In this document: piece after piece, positions 8,612-18,222 of the stretch | How positions within the stretch are numbered: the stretch's first letter is position 1 | How the letters are laid out: every line of letters starts with the position of its first letter | Assembly: GCA_049325335.1 (NCBI GenBank) | Contig: JBMOMC010000011.1 | Location: 79,590-143,589 of the forward strand | DNA from: Nitrospirota bacterium | Lineage (GTDB): Bacteria; Nitrospirota; Nitrospiria; 2-01-FULL-66-17 | Direction of reading: 5' to 3' | Length of the DNA: 64,000 bases | Made by a program: the position numbers and the translations under genes | Notes under the pieces: generated by a model | Told to the model about the DNA's origin: nothing | What the model saw: the letters and a program-made list of their open reading frames with translations, nothing else | Database searches by the model: none

Positions 8612-11600
8612 CCCCGCCGCTGGGCCTGGCCGGCCGGATCGCGCGCGCGTTCGTCACCTCGCGCCTCACGCCGTTGTCCATGATCGCCGTGCTGCTGCTG
8701 GGTGCGGTGGCCATCGCGGTCACCCCACGCGAAGAAGAGCCCCAAATCGTCGTGCCCATGGCCGACGTATTCATCCCGTTTCCCGGCGCCTCGGTCGGGG
8801 AAGTCGAACAACAATTGACCGGCCCCATTGAACGCAAGCTCTCCGAAATCCGGCGAGTGGAGTATGTGTACTCGATCTCGCGACCGGGGATGGCGCTGAT
8901 TATCGTGCGCTTTCGCGTGGGCGAAGATCTGGAAAAGAGCCTGGTGGACCTCTACGACAAGCTGATGGCCAACCAGGATCTCATCCCAGCAGGCGCGGGG
9001 CCGTTCCAGGTCAAACCGCGCGACATCAACGACGTGCCGATCGTGGCCGTCACGTTGTGGAGCGAACGTTACGGCGACGACGAACTCCGCCGGGTGGCGG
9101 ATCACGTGCTGGAAGAGATCAAGAAGGTGCCGCAGACCTCGGGCGGGTTCATCGCGGGCGGCCGGTCGCGGCGGTTGAGGATCGAGCTGGATCCGTCGCG
9201 CCTGGCGGCGCACCAGCTCACGCCCCTGGACGTGGCTGATCGCGTGGCGGGTGCGAACCAGCAGCAAATCGTGGGACGGCTGCAGGCCGGCAATCGGGAA
9301 CTCGCGGTCGAGGCCGGCGGCTTCTTGGGTTCGCGCGACGCGTTCGAGAGCATCGTTCTGGGGGCATCCCGAGATGGCGTGGTCCACCTCCGTGACGTGG
9401 CCACGGTCCGCGACGAGGCTGAAGACGTGACCCACTACAGTTGGTTCGGGACCGGACCCGCGGCCAAGGCTCAGGAAGGGGCGGCTCCGGATACCGTGTT
9501 TCCCTCGGTGACCGTAGCCATCGCCAAGCAACCGGGCGCGAATGCGGTGAGTGTGGCCCGCGAGGTCATCGCCACGGTGGAGCGTCTTCGAGGCGTGGTG
9601 ATTCCGTCCGAGATCCACGCCACCGTGACGCGCGACTACGGAGCCACGGCCAATGAAAAGTCCAATGAGTTGCTGGAGCACCTGGTCATCGCGGTAGTGG
9701 CGGTCGTCGTGTTCCTCGGGTTCGCGCTCGGGGTCCGCGAAGCCGGGGTGGTGGCATTGGCCATCCCGCTCACGCTCGGCCTCACGCTCTTTGCGTCGCT
9801 GCTGATCGGGTACACCATCAACCGGGTGACCCTGTTCGCGTTGATCTTTGCCATCGGCATCCTGGTGGACGACGCGATCGTGGTGGTGGAAAATATCTAC
9901 CGGCATCTGCGGTTGGGCCGCCAACCGCCGCTCCAGGCCGCCATCGCGGCCGTGGACGAGGTGGGCAATCCCACGATTCTCGCCACGTTCACGGTGATCG
10001 CGGCGTTGTTGCCCATGGCGTTCATCTCCGGCCTGATGGGGCCGTACATGCGGCCGATCCCCATCAATGCGTCGATCGCCATGTTCGCGTCGCTGCTGGT
10101 GGCGTTCATTGTGGTGCCGTGGTTCTGCCGCGTCTGCCATCGTGAAGGCGCGCAGACCGGGCACTACGACGAAGGTTCGTCGGTCGGGGACGGTCCACTG
10201 TACCGGATCTATCAACGGGTGCTCACGCCCCTGATCGAGCGGCGCATGCTCCGTGGCGTGTTCTTTCTGGTGATCATCGGACTGTTGATCGGATCCGCGT
10301 GGCTGTTTGTAAACCGGTCCGTGGTCGCCAAGATGTTGCCCTTCGACAACAAGAGCGAGTTCGAGATCGTGGTCGACATGCCGGAAGGCACCACGCTGGA
10401 GACCACGGCCGACGCCGCGCGTGCCCTGGGCCGCTACGTGGGCACGATCCCGGAGGTCACCAACTACCAAATCTACGTGGGCACACCCGCGCCGTTCAAC
10501 TTCAACGGCCTGGTGCGCCACTACTTTTTGCGCGAGGAACCTCACCAAGCCGAGATCCAAGTCAACCTGGTTGGCAAACACGAACGCGCGGCCCAGAGCC
10601 ACGACATCGCGCGGCGTATCCGGCCCGACGTGGAGCGCATCGCGCGAGCGCACGGAGCCGCAGTCAAACTCGTGGAAGTGCCGCCCGGCCCGCCCGTGCA
10701 GTCCGTCTTGGTGGCCGAGGTGTACGGACCGAACGAAACCGCGCGTCGCGGCGCGGCCGCCGGAGTGGTCAAGGCGTTCGCGGATGCGCCGGGCGTGGTG
10801 GACATCGACGACACGCTCGAAGTCGAGCGACCCAAATTGGTGGTCGTGGTGGACCAAGGCAAGGCCGCGGCCAGCGGCGTGGCCACGTCGGACATTGTGC
10901 AGGCCTTGTCGCTCGCGGTCACCGGCGTGCCGGCCGGCCGCATGATCGACCCACGCGAGAAGGAACCGATCCCGGCGATCGTGCGACTGCCGTACGAAGC
11001 GCGCAGCGCCATGGACAGCTTGCTGAGCATGCGTCTGCGCGCAACGGGCGGCGGCATGGTGCCGATCTCCGAATTGGTCCGCGTGGAGCGCCCACTCGAA
11101 GAGCCGCCGCGCTACCACAAGAACCTGCGGCCCGTGGTCTACGTGACCGGCGACGTGGCGGGCCGCGAAGAAAGCCCGGTCTACGGCATGTTCGCGATCA
11201 ACGAGCGCTTGGCCGCGCAACGTGCGCCCGACGGTTCGCCGCTCGAACTGCTCTACACCGCGCAACCGTCACGCGAAGATCGCGTGGCGGTCAAATGGGA
11301 CGGGGAGTGGCAAATCACGTACGAAACCTTCCGCGACATGGGCATCGCATTCGGCATCGCGTTGGTCCTGATCTACCTGCTCATCGTGGGCCAGTTCCAA
11401 TCGTTCCTGATCCCCTTGGTGATCATGGCGCCGATCCCGCTTACGTTGGTGGGGGTGATTCCAGGCCACTGGCTCACCGGCTCGTACTTTACCGCCACCT
11501 CCATGATCGGCTTCATCGCGCTCGCGGGCATCGTGGTGCGCAACTCGATCCTGCTCGTGGATTTTATCCAGACCGAACAAGCAGCCGGCCGATCACTGAC

Positions 11601-11844
11601 CGAAGCGGTCCTGCGCGCCGGGGCCATCCGCACGCGCCCTATTCTGCTCACCGCCGCCGCGTTGATCGTGGGTGCGTTCGTGATCATCCTGGACCCGATC
11701 TTTCAGGGCTTGGCGATTTCGCTGTTGTTCGGGGTGGTGGGATCCACGCTGTTGACGCTGGTCGTGATCCCGGTGTTGTACGTCACGCTGGCGGAGCTGA
11801 CCGATTCAAAACGTCATGCCCAGGCTGATCCTAACGCGACGTAG
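8608..11844 (+). CDS. RND efflux transporter permease (AcrB/CusA superfamily)
   Basis: 1078 aa; PREEEPQI N-terminal motif; TM4 GILVDDAIVVVENI; GIVVRNSILLVDF; RTRPILLT. Confidence 0.95.
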   Translation: MTPPLGLAGRIARAFVTSRLTPLSMIAVLLLGAVAIAVTPREEEPQIVVPMADVFIPFPGASVGEVEQQLTGPIERKLSEIRRVEYVYSISRPGMALIIVRFRVGEDLEKSLVDLYDKLMANQDLIPAGAGPFQVKPRDINDVPIVAVTLWSERYGDDELRRVADHVLEEIKKVPQTSGGFIAGGRSRRLRIELDPSRLAAHQLTPLDVADRVAGANQQQIVGRLQAGNRELAVEAGGFLGSRDAFESIVLGASRDGVVHLRDVATVRDEAEDVTHYSWFGTGPAAKAQEGAAPDTVFPSVTVAIAKQPGANAVSVAREVIATVERLRGVVIPSEIHATVTRDYGATANEKSNELLEHLVIAVVAVVVFLGFALGVREAGVVALAIPLTLGLTLFASLLIGYTINRVTLFALIFAIGILVDDAIVVVENIYRHLRLGRQPPLQAAIAAVDEVGNPTILATFTVIAALLPMAFISGLMGPYMRPIPINASIAMFASLLVAFIVVPWFCRVCHREGAQTGHYDEGSSVGDGPLYRIYQRVLTPLIERRMLRGVFFLVIIGLLIGSAWLFVNRSVVAKMLPFDNKSEFEIVVDMPEGTTLETTADAARALGRYVGTIPEVTNYQIYVGTPAPFNFNGLVRHYFLREEPHQAEIQVNLVGKHERAAQSHDIARRIRPDVERIARAHGAAVKLVEVPPGPPVQSVLVAEVYGPNETARRGAAAGVVKAFADAPGVVDIDDTLEVERPKLVVVVDQGKAAASGVATSDIVQALSLAVTGVPAGRMIDPREKEPIPAIVRLPYEARSAMDSLLSMRLRATGGGMVPISELVRVERPLEEPPRYHKNLRPVVYVTGDVAGREESPVYGMFAINERLAAQRAPDGSPLELLYTAQPSREDRVAVKWDGEWQITYETFRDMGIAFGIALVLIYLLIVGQFQSFLIPLVIMAPIPLTLVGVIPGHWLTGSYFTATSMIGFIALAGIVVRNSILLVDFIQTEQAAGRSLTEAVLRAGAIRTRPILLTAAALIVGAFVIILDPIFQGLAISLLFGVVGSTLLTLVVIPVLYVTLAELTDSKRHAQADPNAT

Positions 11845-11885
11845 TCCCGCTTCCGATTCATCGCCATTTTGGGGGGGCTGACGTC

Positions 11886-11919
11886 TTGACACCATAGTTC
11901 ACGCCGGATAGTATCCGGC
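11886..11919 (+). promoter_or_regulatory. Sigma70 promoter with palindrome overlapping the -10 box
   Basis: TTGACA-N17-TAGTAT; GCCGGATA-G-TATCCGGC at 11903-11919. Confidence 0.7.
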
Positions 11920-12128
11920 CATTCGCTGGGAGTTTCCGTGATGGCCCGACGCGTTTGCCTCGAGGCTCCACCGGTTTCCCGCACCCCCATCCGATTGCGG
12001 ACGTATCCGCGGTCACGTTGTTTCGATCACATGGTGTTTCGCGACGGTCTTTGCCATGCGGGTGGATATCGCCCGTTCAATCGACGCCGTCCCTGCGTGA
12101 CGCAGTCGCGTCGAACGCATACGGTCTG

Positions 12129-14249
12129 ATGGGCGAGTCAACTGGCAAACCGCTGAGGGTGTTGATCGTGGATGATTCCGACGACGATGCCCTGCTGATC
12201 CTGCGGGAGCTCCGGCGTGGCGGGTACGAGCCCGCGCACCAGCGCGTGGACACGGCGTCGGCGTTGGAAACCGCGCTGGACGCGCAGCCGTGGGACGTGA
12301 TCTTGAGCGACTACACCATGCCGTCGTTCAGCGGCGCGGAAGCGCTCGCCCAGGTGCGGGCGCGGGGGGACGACGTCCCCTTTCTCTTCGTGTCGGGCAC
12401 GATCGGCGAGGAGTTCGCGGTGTCGGCGGTTCGGGCCGGCGCGAATGATTACATCCTCAAGAAGAGCCTGAAGCGACTCCCGTTAGCCGTGGACCGGGAA
12501 CTCTCGGACGCGGAATCCCGCCGCGGGTACGCGCGCGTCAAAGACGACTACCGGGCCAGCGAAGCGCGCTTCCGCAATATCCTGCGGTTGGCGGCCGACG
12601 CCGTCATTTTAGTGGACGAGGCGCACCGGATCATGGTGTTCAACCAAGGCGCGGAAACCATATTCGGGTACACGGCGGCGGAGGCCACGGGGCAGTTGAT
12701 GGACGTCTTGCTCCCGGAGCGGTACGCAGCGGTGCATCGTCGGTACCTCCAGGATCTGGCGCTCGCACCGGAGATGTCCCAGCGCATGGGGCATCGCGGC
12801 GAGTTGTACGGCCGTCGGAAAGACGGATCCGAGTTTCCCGTGGAAACCAGCGTCTCTAAACTCATCGAAAACGGGCGAATCGCGTTTACGATCATTCTCC
12901 GCGACGTGACCGAACGCAAAGAAGCCGAGGAACGCATGCACTTTCTGGCGCACTTCGACGCGCTTACAGTGCTGCCCAATCGAGTGCTGTTCCAGGACCG
13001 CCTCACGCAGAACGCCATCAACGCGTCGCGCCACAATCGGATCGTGGGCGTGATGTTCATTGACCTGGATCGGTTCAAACCGATCAACGACACCTTGGGG
13101 CACGCCGTGGGCGACCTGTTGCTCAAGGCCGTGGCGGATCGCTTGATCTCCTGCGTGCGCGAAGGCGATACCGTGGCGCGACTCGGGGGCGATGAGTTTG
13201 CGATCATCTTGGCCGACATGGCGCAGCCCGACGACGCGGCGGGCCTCGCGCGCAAGATCCTCAGCGAATTTTCTCGCCCCTTTGCCGCGGGGTCTCACGC
13301 CTTGTCGATCACGGCCAGTATCGGCATCACCCTGTATCCCACCGACGATGAGCGCGTCGATCGTCTCCTGGAAAATGCGGACGCCGCGATGTACCGCGCC
13401 AAGGAACTGGGGAAAAACGCGTACCAGTTCTACACCGCGGAGATGAACGTCGCCGCGGTGGCCCGGCTCGACGTGGAACAACATCTGCGTCACGCGTTGG
13501 AGCGGCGGGAATTCGTGTTGCACTACCAACCGCTGGTGGATTTGGCCACGCGTCGGATCATCGGGGTCGAGGCGCTGATTCGCTGGATGCGGGCGGATCG
13601 GGGCATGGTGCCGCCGGCGGAGTTTATCCCGGTCGCCGAAGACATGGGGTTGATCAACGTGATCGGCGAGTGGGTGTTGCACGCCGCCTGTACGCAAGCC
13701 AAGATCTGGCTTGATGCGGGCCTCGCGCCGATGCGGGTGGCGATCAACGTCTCCGCGACGCAATTTCGCCGCCCCGATTTCGCGGCCGCGGTCACGCGGG
13801 CGCTGTCGGAGACCGGGTTGCCGCCGAGATGGTTGGCGCTGGATCTGACGGAACACCTTTTGATGGCGCCCGATCAGGCGGTGACCGACCACCTTGCGTC
13901 ATTACACGCCGACGGGATTTCGATCTCCATCGACGACTTCGGCACCGGGTATTCCTCCTTAGCCAACATCAAACGTTTCCCGATCGACGCGCTGAAGATC
14001 GACCGTACGTTCGTGCGTGACCTTCCCGAGGGCGCGGACCACGCGGCGATTGCGGGCGCCATCGTCTCCATCGCGCGCGACCTTACGCTGCGGGTCGTGG
14101 CCGAAGGGGTGGAAACCGAAGCCCAAGCCATGTTCCTCCGGGCGATCGGGTGCGACGCCGCGCAAGGATTTCTCTTCAGCCGCCCGCTTCCGGCCGACGC
14201 TATCGAACCGCATCTGATGGTGGGGCGTATCCGCGGCCCCATGCCGTGA
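12129..14249 (+). CDS. REC-PAS-GGDEF-EAL c-di-GMP signalling protein
   Basis: REC LIVDD..LSDYTMP; FixL-like PAS; REGD I-site + GGDEF; EAL, DDFGTGYSSL; start placed at the ATG before the REC domain. Confidence 0.93.
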   Translation: MGESTGKPLRVLIVDDSDDDALLILRELRRGGYEPAHQRVDTASALETALDAQPWDVILSDYTMPSFSGAEALAQVRARGDDVPFLFVSGTIGEEFAVSAVRAGANDYILKKSLKRLPLAVDRELSDAESRRGYARVKDDYRASEARFRNILRLAADAVILVDEAHRIMVFNQGAETIFGYTAAEATGQLMDVLLPERYAAVHRRYLQDLALAPEMSQRMGHRGELYGRRKDGSEFPVETSVSKLIENGRIAFTIILRDVTERKEAEERMHFLAHFDALTVLPNRVLFQDRLTQNAINASRHNRIVGVMFIDLDRFKPINDTLGHAVGDLLLKAVADRLISCVREGDTVARLGGDEFAIILADMAQPDDAAGLARKILSEFSRPFAAGSHALSITASIGITLYPTDDERVDRLLENADAAMYRAKELGKNAYQFYTAEMNVAAVARLDVEQHLRHALERREFVLHYQPLVDLATRRIIGVEALIRWMRADRGMVPPAEFIPVAEDMGLINVIGEWVLHAACTQAKIWLDAGLAPMRVAINVSATQFRRPDFAAAVTRALSETGLPPRWLALDLTEHLLMAPDQAVTDHLASLHADGISISIDDFGTGYSSLANIKRFPIDALKIDRTFVRDLPEGADHAAIAGAIVSIARDLTLRVVAEGVETEAQAMFLRAIGCDAAQGFLFSRPLPADAIEPHLMVGRIRGPMP

Positions 14250-14337
14250 GGATGGAGAACCGTGGGAACCATGTGAGCCATCACGCGGCCCGACGGGCGA
14301 CGAGCCGGTCGGGATAATCACCTCCGGGGAAAGGCGA

Positions 14338-15507
14338 GTGGGGATGGATGACCGACTCTCCGTAACAGTGCGTGAATTACGTTCGATCGCCGATGGGGTC
14401 ACGCGCGAGCACATCGCGCCGCGCAGCCGACAGGTCGATGCGGAATCCGCCTGGCCCGAACACGCCATGCGCGCCTTGGCCAAGGGGGGCCTGTTGGGCC
14501 TGCACGTTCCCAAGCGGTTGGGCGGTCACGAGCAGGGGTTGCTCGCGCTGGCGGTTATCAGCGAAACGATTGCGCGCGGGTGCGCCTCCTCCGCCATGTG
14601 TTACGCCATGCACTGCGTGGGCACCGCGGTCATCGCGGCCAAGGCCACACCGTATCACGAAGACCGGTACCTACGCCCGATCGCCGACGGCCGCCACGTC
14701 ACCACCCTCGCCCTCTCGGAGGCCGACACCGGCATCCATTTTTATCTGCCGCGGACGGACCTCGAACGTCGGGGAGACGCGTATGTGGTCCGCGGCGCCA
14801 AGCAGTTCGTGACCAACGGCGGGTATGCCGACTCCTACGTGGTGTCCACCAAAGCCAGCGCGCCGAACGCGGAGCCCGGGGAGTTCAGTTGTTTGGTTGT
14901 GGATGCGGGGGCACCGGGCATGACGTGGCTCGAACCCTGGAATGGTTTTGGTATGCGTGGGAATTCGTCGCGCGCGCTGCAACTCGACCAAGTCCGCGTC
15001 CCGGCGGACAACTTGCTGGGTCGGGAGGGGGACCAGATCTGGTTCGTGTTTGAAGTCGTGGCCCCGTATTTTCTCATGGCCATGGCCGGCGTGTATGTCG
15101 GCGTATCGCTGGCTGCGCTTGATCTCGTATTTGACCACTTGCGGAATCGGCGCTACGCGCACGCGGGCAGCACATTAGCCAACACGGAGGTGTTGCAGTA
15201 TAAGGCGGCGGAACTCTGGATCGCGGTCGAGCGAACGCGTGCCCTGGTCTACCACGCCGCGCGTCTGGGGGACATGGGTGATCCGACCGCCACCGCGGCC
15301 ATCATGGCGGCGAAGGCCGACGCCGGGGACATGGCGGTATGGGTCGCCAACGAAGCCATGACCCGCTGCGGTGGCGCGGCATACCGGGAAAACGGCCCGC
15401 TGGCGCGGTTGCTGCGGGACGCCCGGGCGAGTCACGTCATGGCGCCTACCACTGATATTCTCAAAGTGTGGCTGGGGCGTTCCTTGTTGGGGTTGCCGCT
15501 CCTGTAA
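14338..15507 (+). CDS. Acyl-CoA dehydrogenase-fold flavoprotein (atypical)
   Basis: LALSEADTG, GAKQFVTNGG, GMRGNSS, CGGAAY..LLRDARA; canonical YEGT replaced by MAPT. Confidence 0.9.
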   Translation: MGMDDRLSVTVRELRSIADGVTREHIAPRSRQVDAESAWPEHAMRALAKGGLLGLHVPKRLGGHEQGLLALAVISETIARGCASSAMCYAMHCVGTAVIAAKATPYHEDRYLRPIADGRHVTTLALSEADTGIHFYLPRTDLERRGDAYVVRGAKQFVTNGGYADSYVVSTKASAPNAEPGEFSCLVVDAGAPGMTWLEPWNGFGMRGNSSRALQLDQVRVPADNLLGREGDQIWFVFEVVAPYFLMAMAGVYVGVSLAALDLVFDHLRNRRYAHAGSTLANTEVLQYKAAELWIAVERTRALVYHAARLGDMGDPTATAAIMAAKADAGDMAVWVANEAMTRCGGAAYRENGPLARLLRDARASHVMAPTTDILKVWLGRSLLGLPLL

Positions 15508-15544
15508 TTCGGCGGACGAGGTTCCGCGCAATGGAGTTTACTCG

Positions 15545-17560
15545 ATGGCTACACCCGCGTTGCTGATCGACGCCGATCCATCAAGCGACGGCCTCGTCCA
15601 AGCGCTGCGTCGCGCGGCGCCCGAGTTGGAGTTGGACGTTCAGCACGTCCTGGACGTTGAGGCCGTGGTGGAGGACCTCACGCAACGCGGCCAGGCCGGG
15701 GCCTCGCCGCTCCTGATTCTGCTGGGCCCACACCTCAAGAACCCGGTGGCGTCCGCTCGGCGGATGCACCGGGCTTCGCCGCTCTCGTACCTCGTGTTCA
15801 TGACCGATCCGGACCACGCGGCCGAGCTTCGATGCTCGCTCTCCTCGGTCGCCATGATCGGCGCCGAGTGGCGCGTCACCGGACTCGGAGCCGACGACTT
15901 GGGCGATGCGTTGCGGGGCGCCGCGCAGTCGACGCAACAACGCCGACACCTACGAATCACACACGAGCGCATTAATGCGCAACTCATGTTGCGGCGGGCC
16001 TCCGGCGCCGAAGCGAGTCGCCAGACCATTTCCGACCGGTTCTTGGCCAGCGTCTTGGAGCATGCGTACGACGCGATCATCGCCACCGACACGGCGGGTG
16101 TCATCACCACTTGGAACCGCGCCGCCGGCCGGTTGTTCGGATTGTCCGAACGCGAGGCGTTGGGGCAGTCGATCGAAACGGTGGCGCTCGGCGAGTGGGG
16201 CGACCAGGTTCCGCATCTAATTGAAGACCTGCTGGCATGGCGGGTGTCCCAGGGGGCGCGCGAGCTGCGGTGCCGACGCGTCGATAAGACCATCATCGAG
16301 GTCGAACTCGTTTTGACGCCGGTCCACGATGAATCGGGGCTGCCGATCGGGATCTCGGCGATCGTGCGGGATATCACGGCGCGTAAACGAGGCGAGCAGG
16401 CGCTCCTGCAGAGCGAACAGCGCGTTCGGTTGATTGTGGATTCCGCGTTGGACGCCGTTGTCACCATCAACGCACACGGAAACGTGACTGGATGGAATCC
16501 ACAAGCCCAAGCCATCTTTGAATGGCGGCGCGACGAGGCTATCGGCCGACCGTTGGCGGACCTGGTTATTCCGGAGCACTCCCGAGACGCCCACCGTGCC
16601 GGGCTTCAGCGGTTTCTCGCCACGGGCGAGGGCCGTGTGTTGAACAAACGTCTGGAGCTGACCGCGTTGCGCAAGGGGGGCGAAGAATTTCCGATTGAAC
16701 TGACGATTGCGCCGCTGGAACTGAGCGATTACTACGAATTCAGCGCGTTCATCCGCGACATCACCGAACGCAAACGGTTGGAAGACGCGCTAAAACGTTT
16801 GACCCAGGAGTTGGAACATCGGGTGGAGGAACGCACCGCGCAGTTGGCGCGCTCCAACGAGGCGCTGGAACGCAGCAATTTGGAGTTGACCCGTTTCGCG
16901 TACGTCGCGTCGCACGATCTTCAGTCGCCATTGCGCTCGATTAGCGGCTTCGCTCAATTGATCAAACAGGACTATCAGGGACGGCTCGGCGCGGAGGCCG
17001 ATGTGTGGATCAGCCGGGTGGTCGAGAACACGAACCGGATGCAAACCCTGATTGCGGATTTACTGTCGTATTCGAGGGTGGATTCCGCTGCGCACCCGCT
17101 GAGACCGACCGATTTCCGAGCCGTGTTTAAGGACGCCGTCGCCTCGCTCGATGCCGCCATTGTCGACAGCGGCGCCCAGGTGACCTGCGGCGAACTGCCC
17201 ACCGTACTGGGGGATACCTCGCAATTGGTGCAACTGCTGCAAAACCTGATCGACAACGCCGTCAAATACCACGGGACTGATCCGCCCAGGGTTCACGTCG
17301 AGGCCCGCGCGCAGGGCGACGAATGGCTCTTTTCGGTTCGAGACAACGGCATCGGAATCGAGCCCAAACACACGGAACGTATTTTCGAAGTTTTCCAACG
17401 GTTGCATACCCACCAAGCCTACCCCGGAACCGGGATCGGCCTGGCCGTCTGCCGCCGCGTCGTTCATCGCCACGGCGGACGAATTTGGGTCGACTCACAA
17501 CCAGGGCATGGGAGCGTGTTCTACTTCACGATTCCAGTACCCAGGGAGACCACGATATGA
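15545..17560 (+). CDS. Cytoplasmic histidine kinase: pseudo-receiver-like N-terminus, 2 PAS, HisKA, HATPase
   Basis: GGAG RBS; two PAS-PAC blocks ending RDIT; FAYVASHDLQSPL; DNGIGI, FQRLH, GTGIGLA. Confidence 0.93.
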   Translation: MATPALLIDADPSSDGLVQALRRAAPELELDVQHVLDVEAVVEDLTQRGQAGASPLLILLGPHLKNPVASARRMHRASPLSYLVFMTDPDHAAELRCSLSSVAMIGAEWRVTGLGADDLGDALRGAAQSTQQRRHLRITHERINAQLMLRRASGAEASRQTISDRFLASVLEHAYDAIIATDTAGVITTWNRAAGRLFGLSEREALGQSIETVALGEWGDQVPHLIEDLLAWRVSQGARELRCRRVDKTIIEVELVLTPVHDESGLPIGISAIVRDITARKRGEQALLQSEQRVRLIVDSALDAVVTINAHGNVTGWNPQAQAIFEWRRDEAIGRPLADLVIPEHSRDAHRAGLQRFLATGEGRVLNKRLELTALRKGGEEFPIELTIAPLELSDYYEFSAFIRDITERKRLEDALKRLTQELEHRVEERTAQLARSNEALERSNLELTRFAYVASHDLQSPLRSISGFAQLIKQDYQGRLGAEADVWISRVVENTNRMQTLIADLLSYSRVDSAAHPLRPTDFRAVFKDAVASLDAAIVDSGAQVTCGELPTVLGDTSQLVQLLQNLIDNAVKYHGTDPPRVHVEARAQGDEWLFSVRDNGIGIEPKHTERIFEVFQRLHTHQAYPGTGIGLAVCRRVVHRHGGRIWVDSQPGHGSVFYFTIPVPRETTI

Positions 17561-18057
17561 ACGACCGGCTCGCGGACGGCAAGCCAGCGGAAATTCTCCT
17601 CGTCGAAGACAATGCCGACGACGTGTTGCTCACCCGTCAAGGATTTAAACGCGCCAAGTTCTTGGTGAATTTACACCACGTTGAAAACGGTGAGGAGTGT
17701 ATGGCGTTCTTGCGCAAGCAGGGGCAATACGCCAACGCGCCCACGCCGGACATTATCCTGCTCGATCTGAATATGCCGGTGATGGATGGCCGCGAAGTGC
17801 TCACCGCGATGGTGGCGGATACGAACCTGAGCCACCTGCCGGTGGTCGTGTTAACCACGTCGTCCAACGATCAGGATATTCTCAAAATGTACAAACTGCG
17901 GTGCAGTTCGTACATTGTCAAACCGGTGGACTTCGACCAGTTTCAACACGTTATCCAAGGCATCAGCGACTATTGGTTTACCTTGGTCGTCCTGCCCGAC
18001 CAGCATGAGCGAAGCGGACTCACGCGTTCAGCGCGGACTGGCTCTCCATCAGCTTAG
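17557..18057 (+). CDS. Single-domain response regulator (Rcp1-like)
   Basis: ILLVEDNADD, LLDLNMPVMDG, LTTS, YIVKP, YWFTLV; ATGA overlap with the kinase. Confidence 0.93.
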   Translation: MNDRLADGKPAEILLVEDNADDVLLTRQGFKRAKFLVNLHHVENGEECMAFLRKQGQYANAPTPDIILLDLNMPVMDGREVLTAMVADTNLSHLPVVVLTTSSNDQDILKMYKLRCSSYIVKPVDFDQFQHVIQGISDYWFTLVVLPDQHERSGLTRSARTGSPSA

Positions 18058-18222
18058 CAGGTGCTGCGCCTCTTGATCCACTGGCGCCGACGCGGTCTAC
18101 CTGGGGGGGTGACCATCCGGTGGCCCCTCGGTCTTTACTGGCCATACAAGGCCGTGTTATAAGCGCGCCATGACGCAGGCTCCCGTACCACCTCAGGTCG
18201 CGCGCGGTTCCTGGAAGGCTGA

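Noticed and set aside
8443..11828. Long alternative-frame and antisense ORFs (940 aa, 509 aa) over the RND gene, and similar ones over carB, pyrG and the GGDEF genes
   Set aside because: Shadow ORFs typical of high-GC DNA: Arg/Gly/His-rich, no motifs, fully overlapping well-supported genes.
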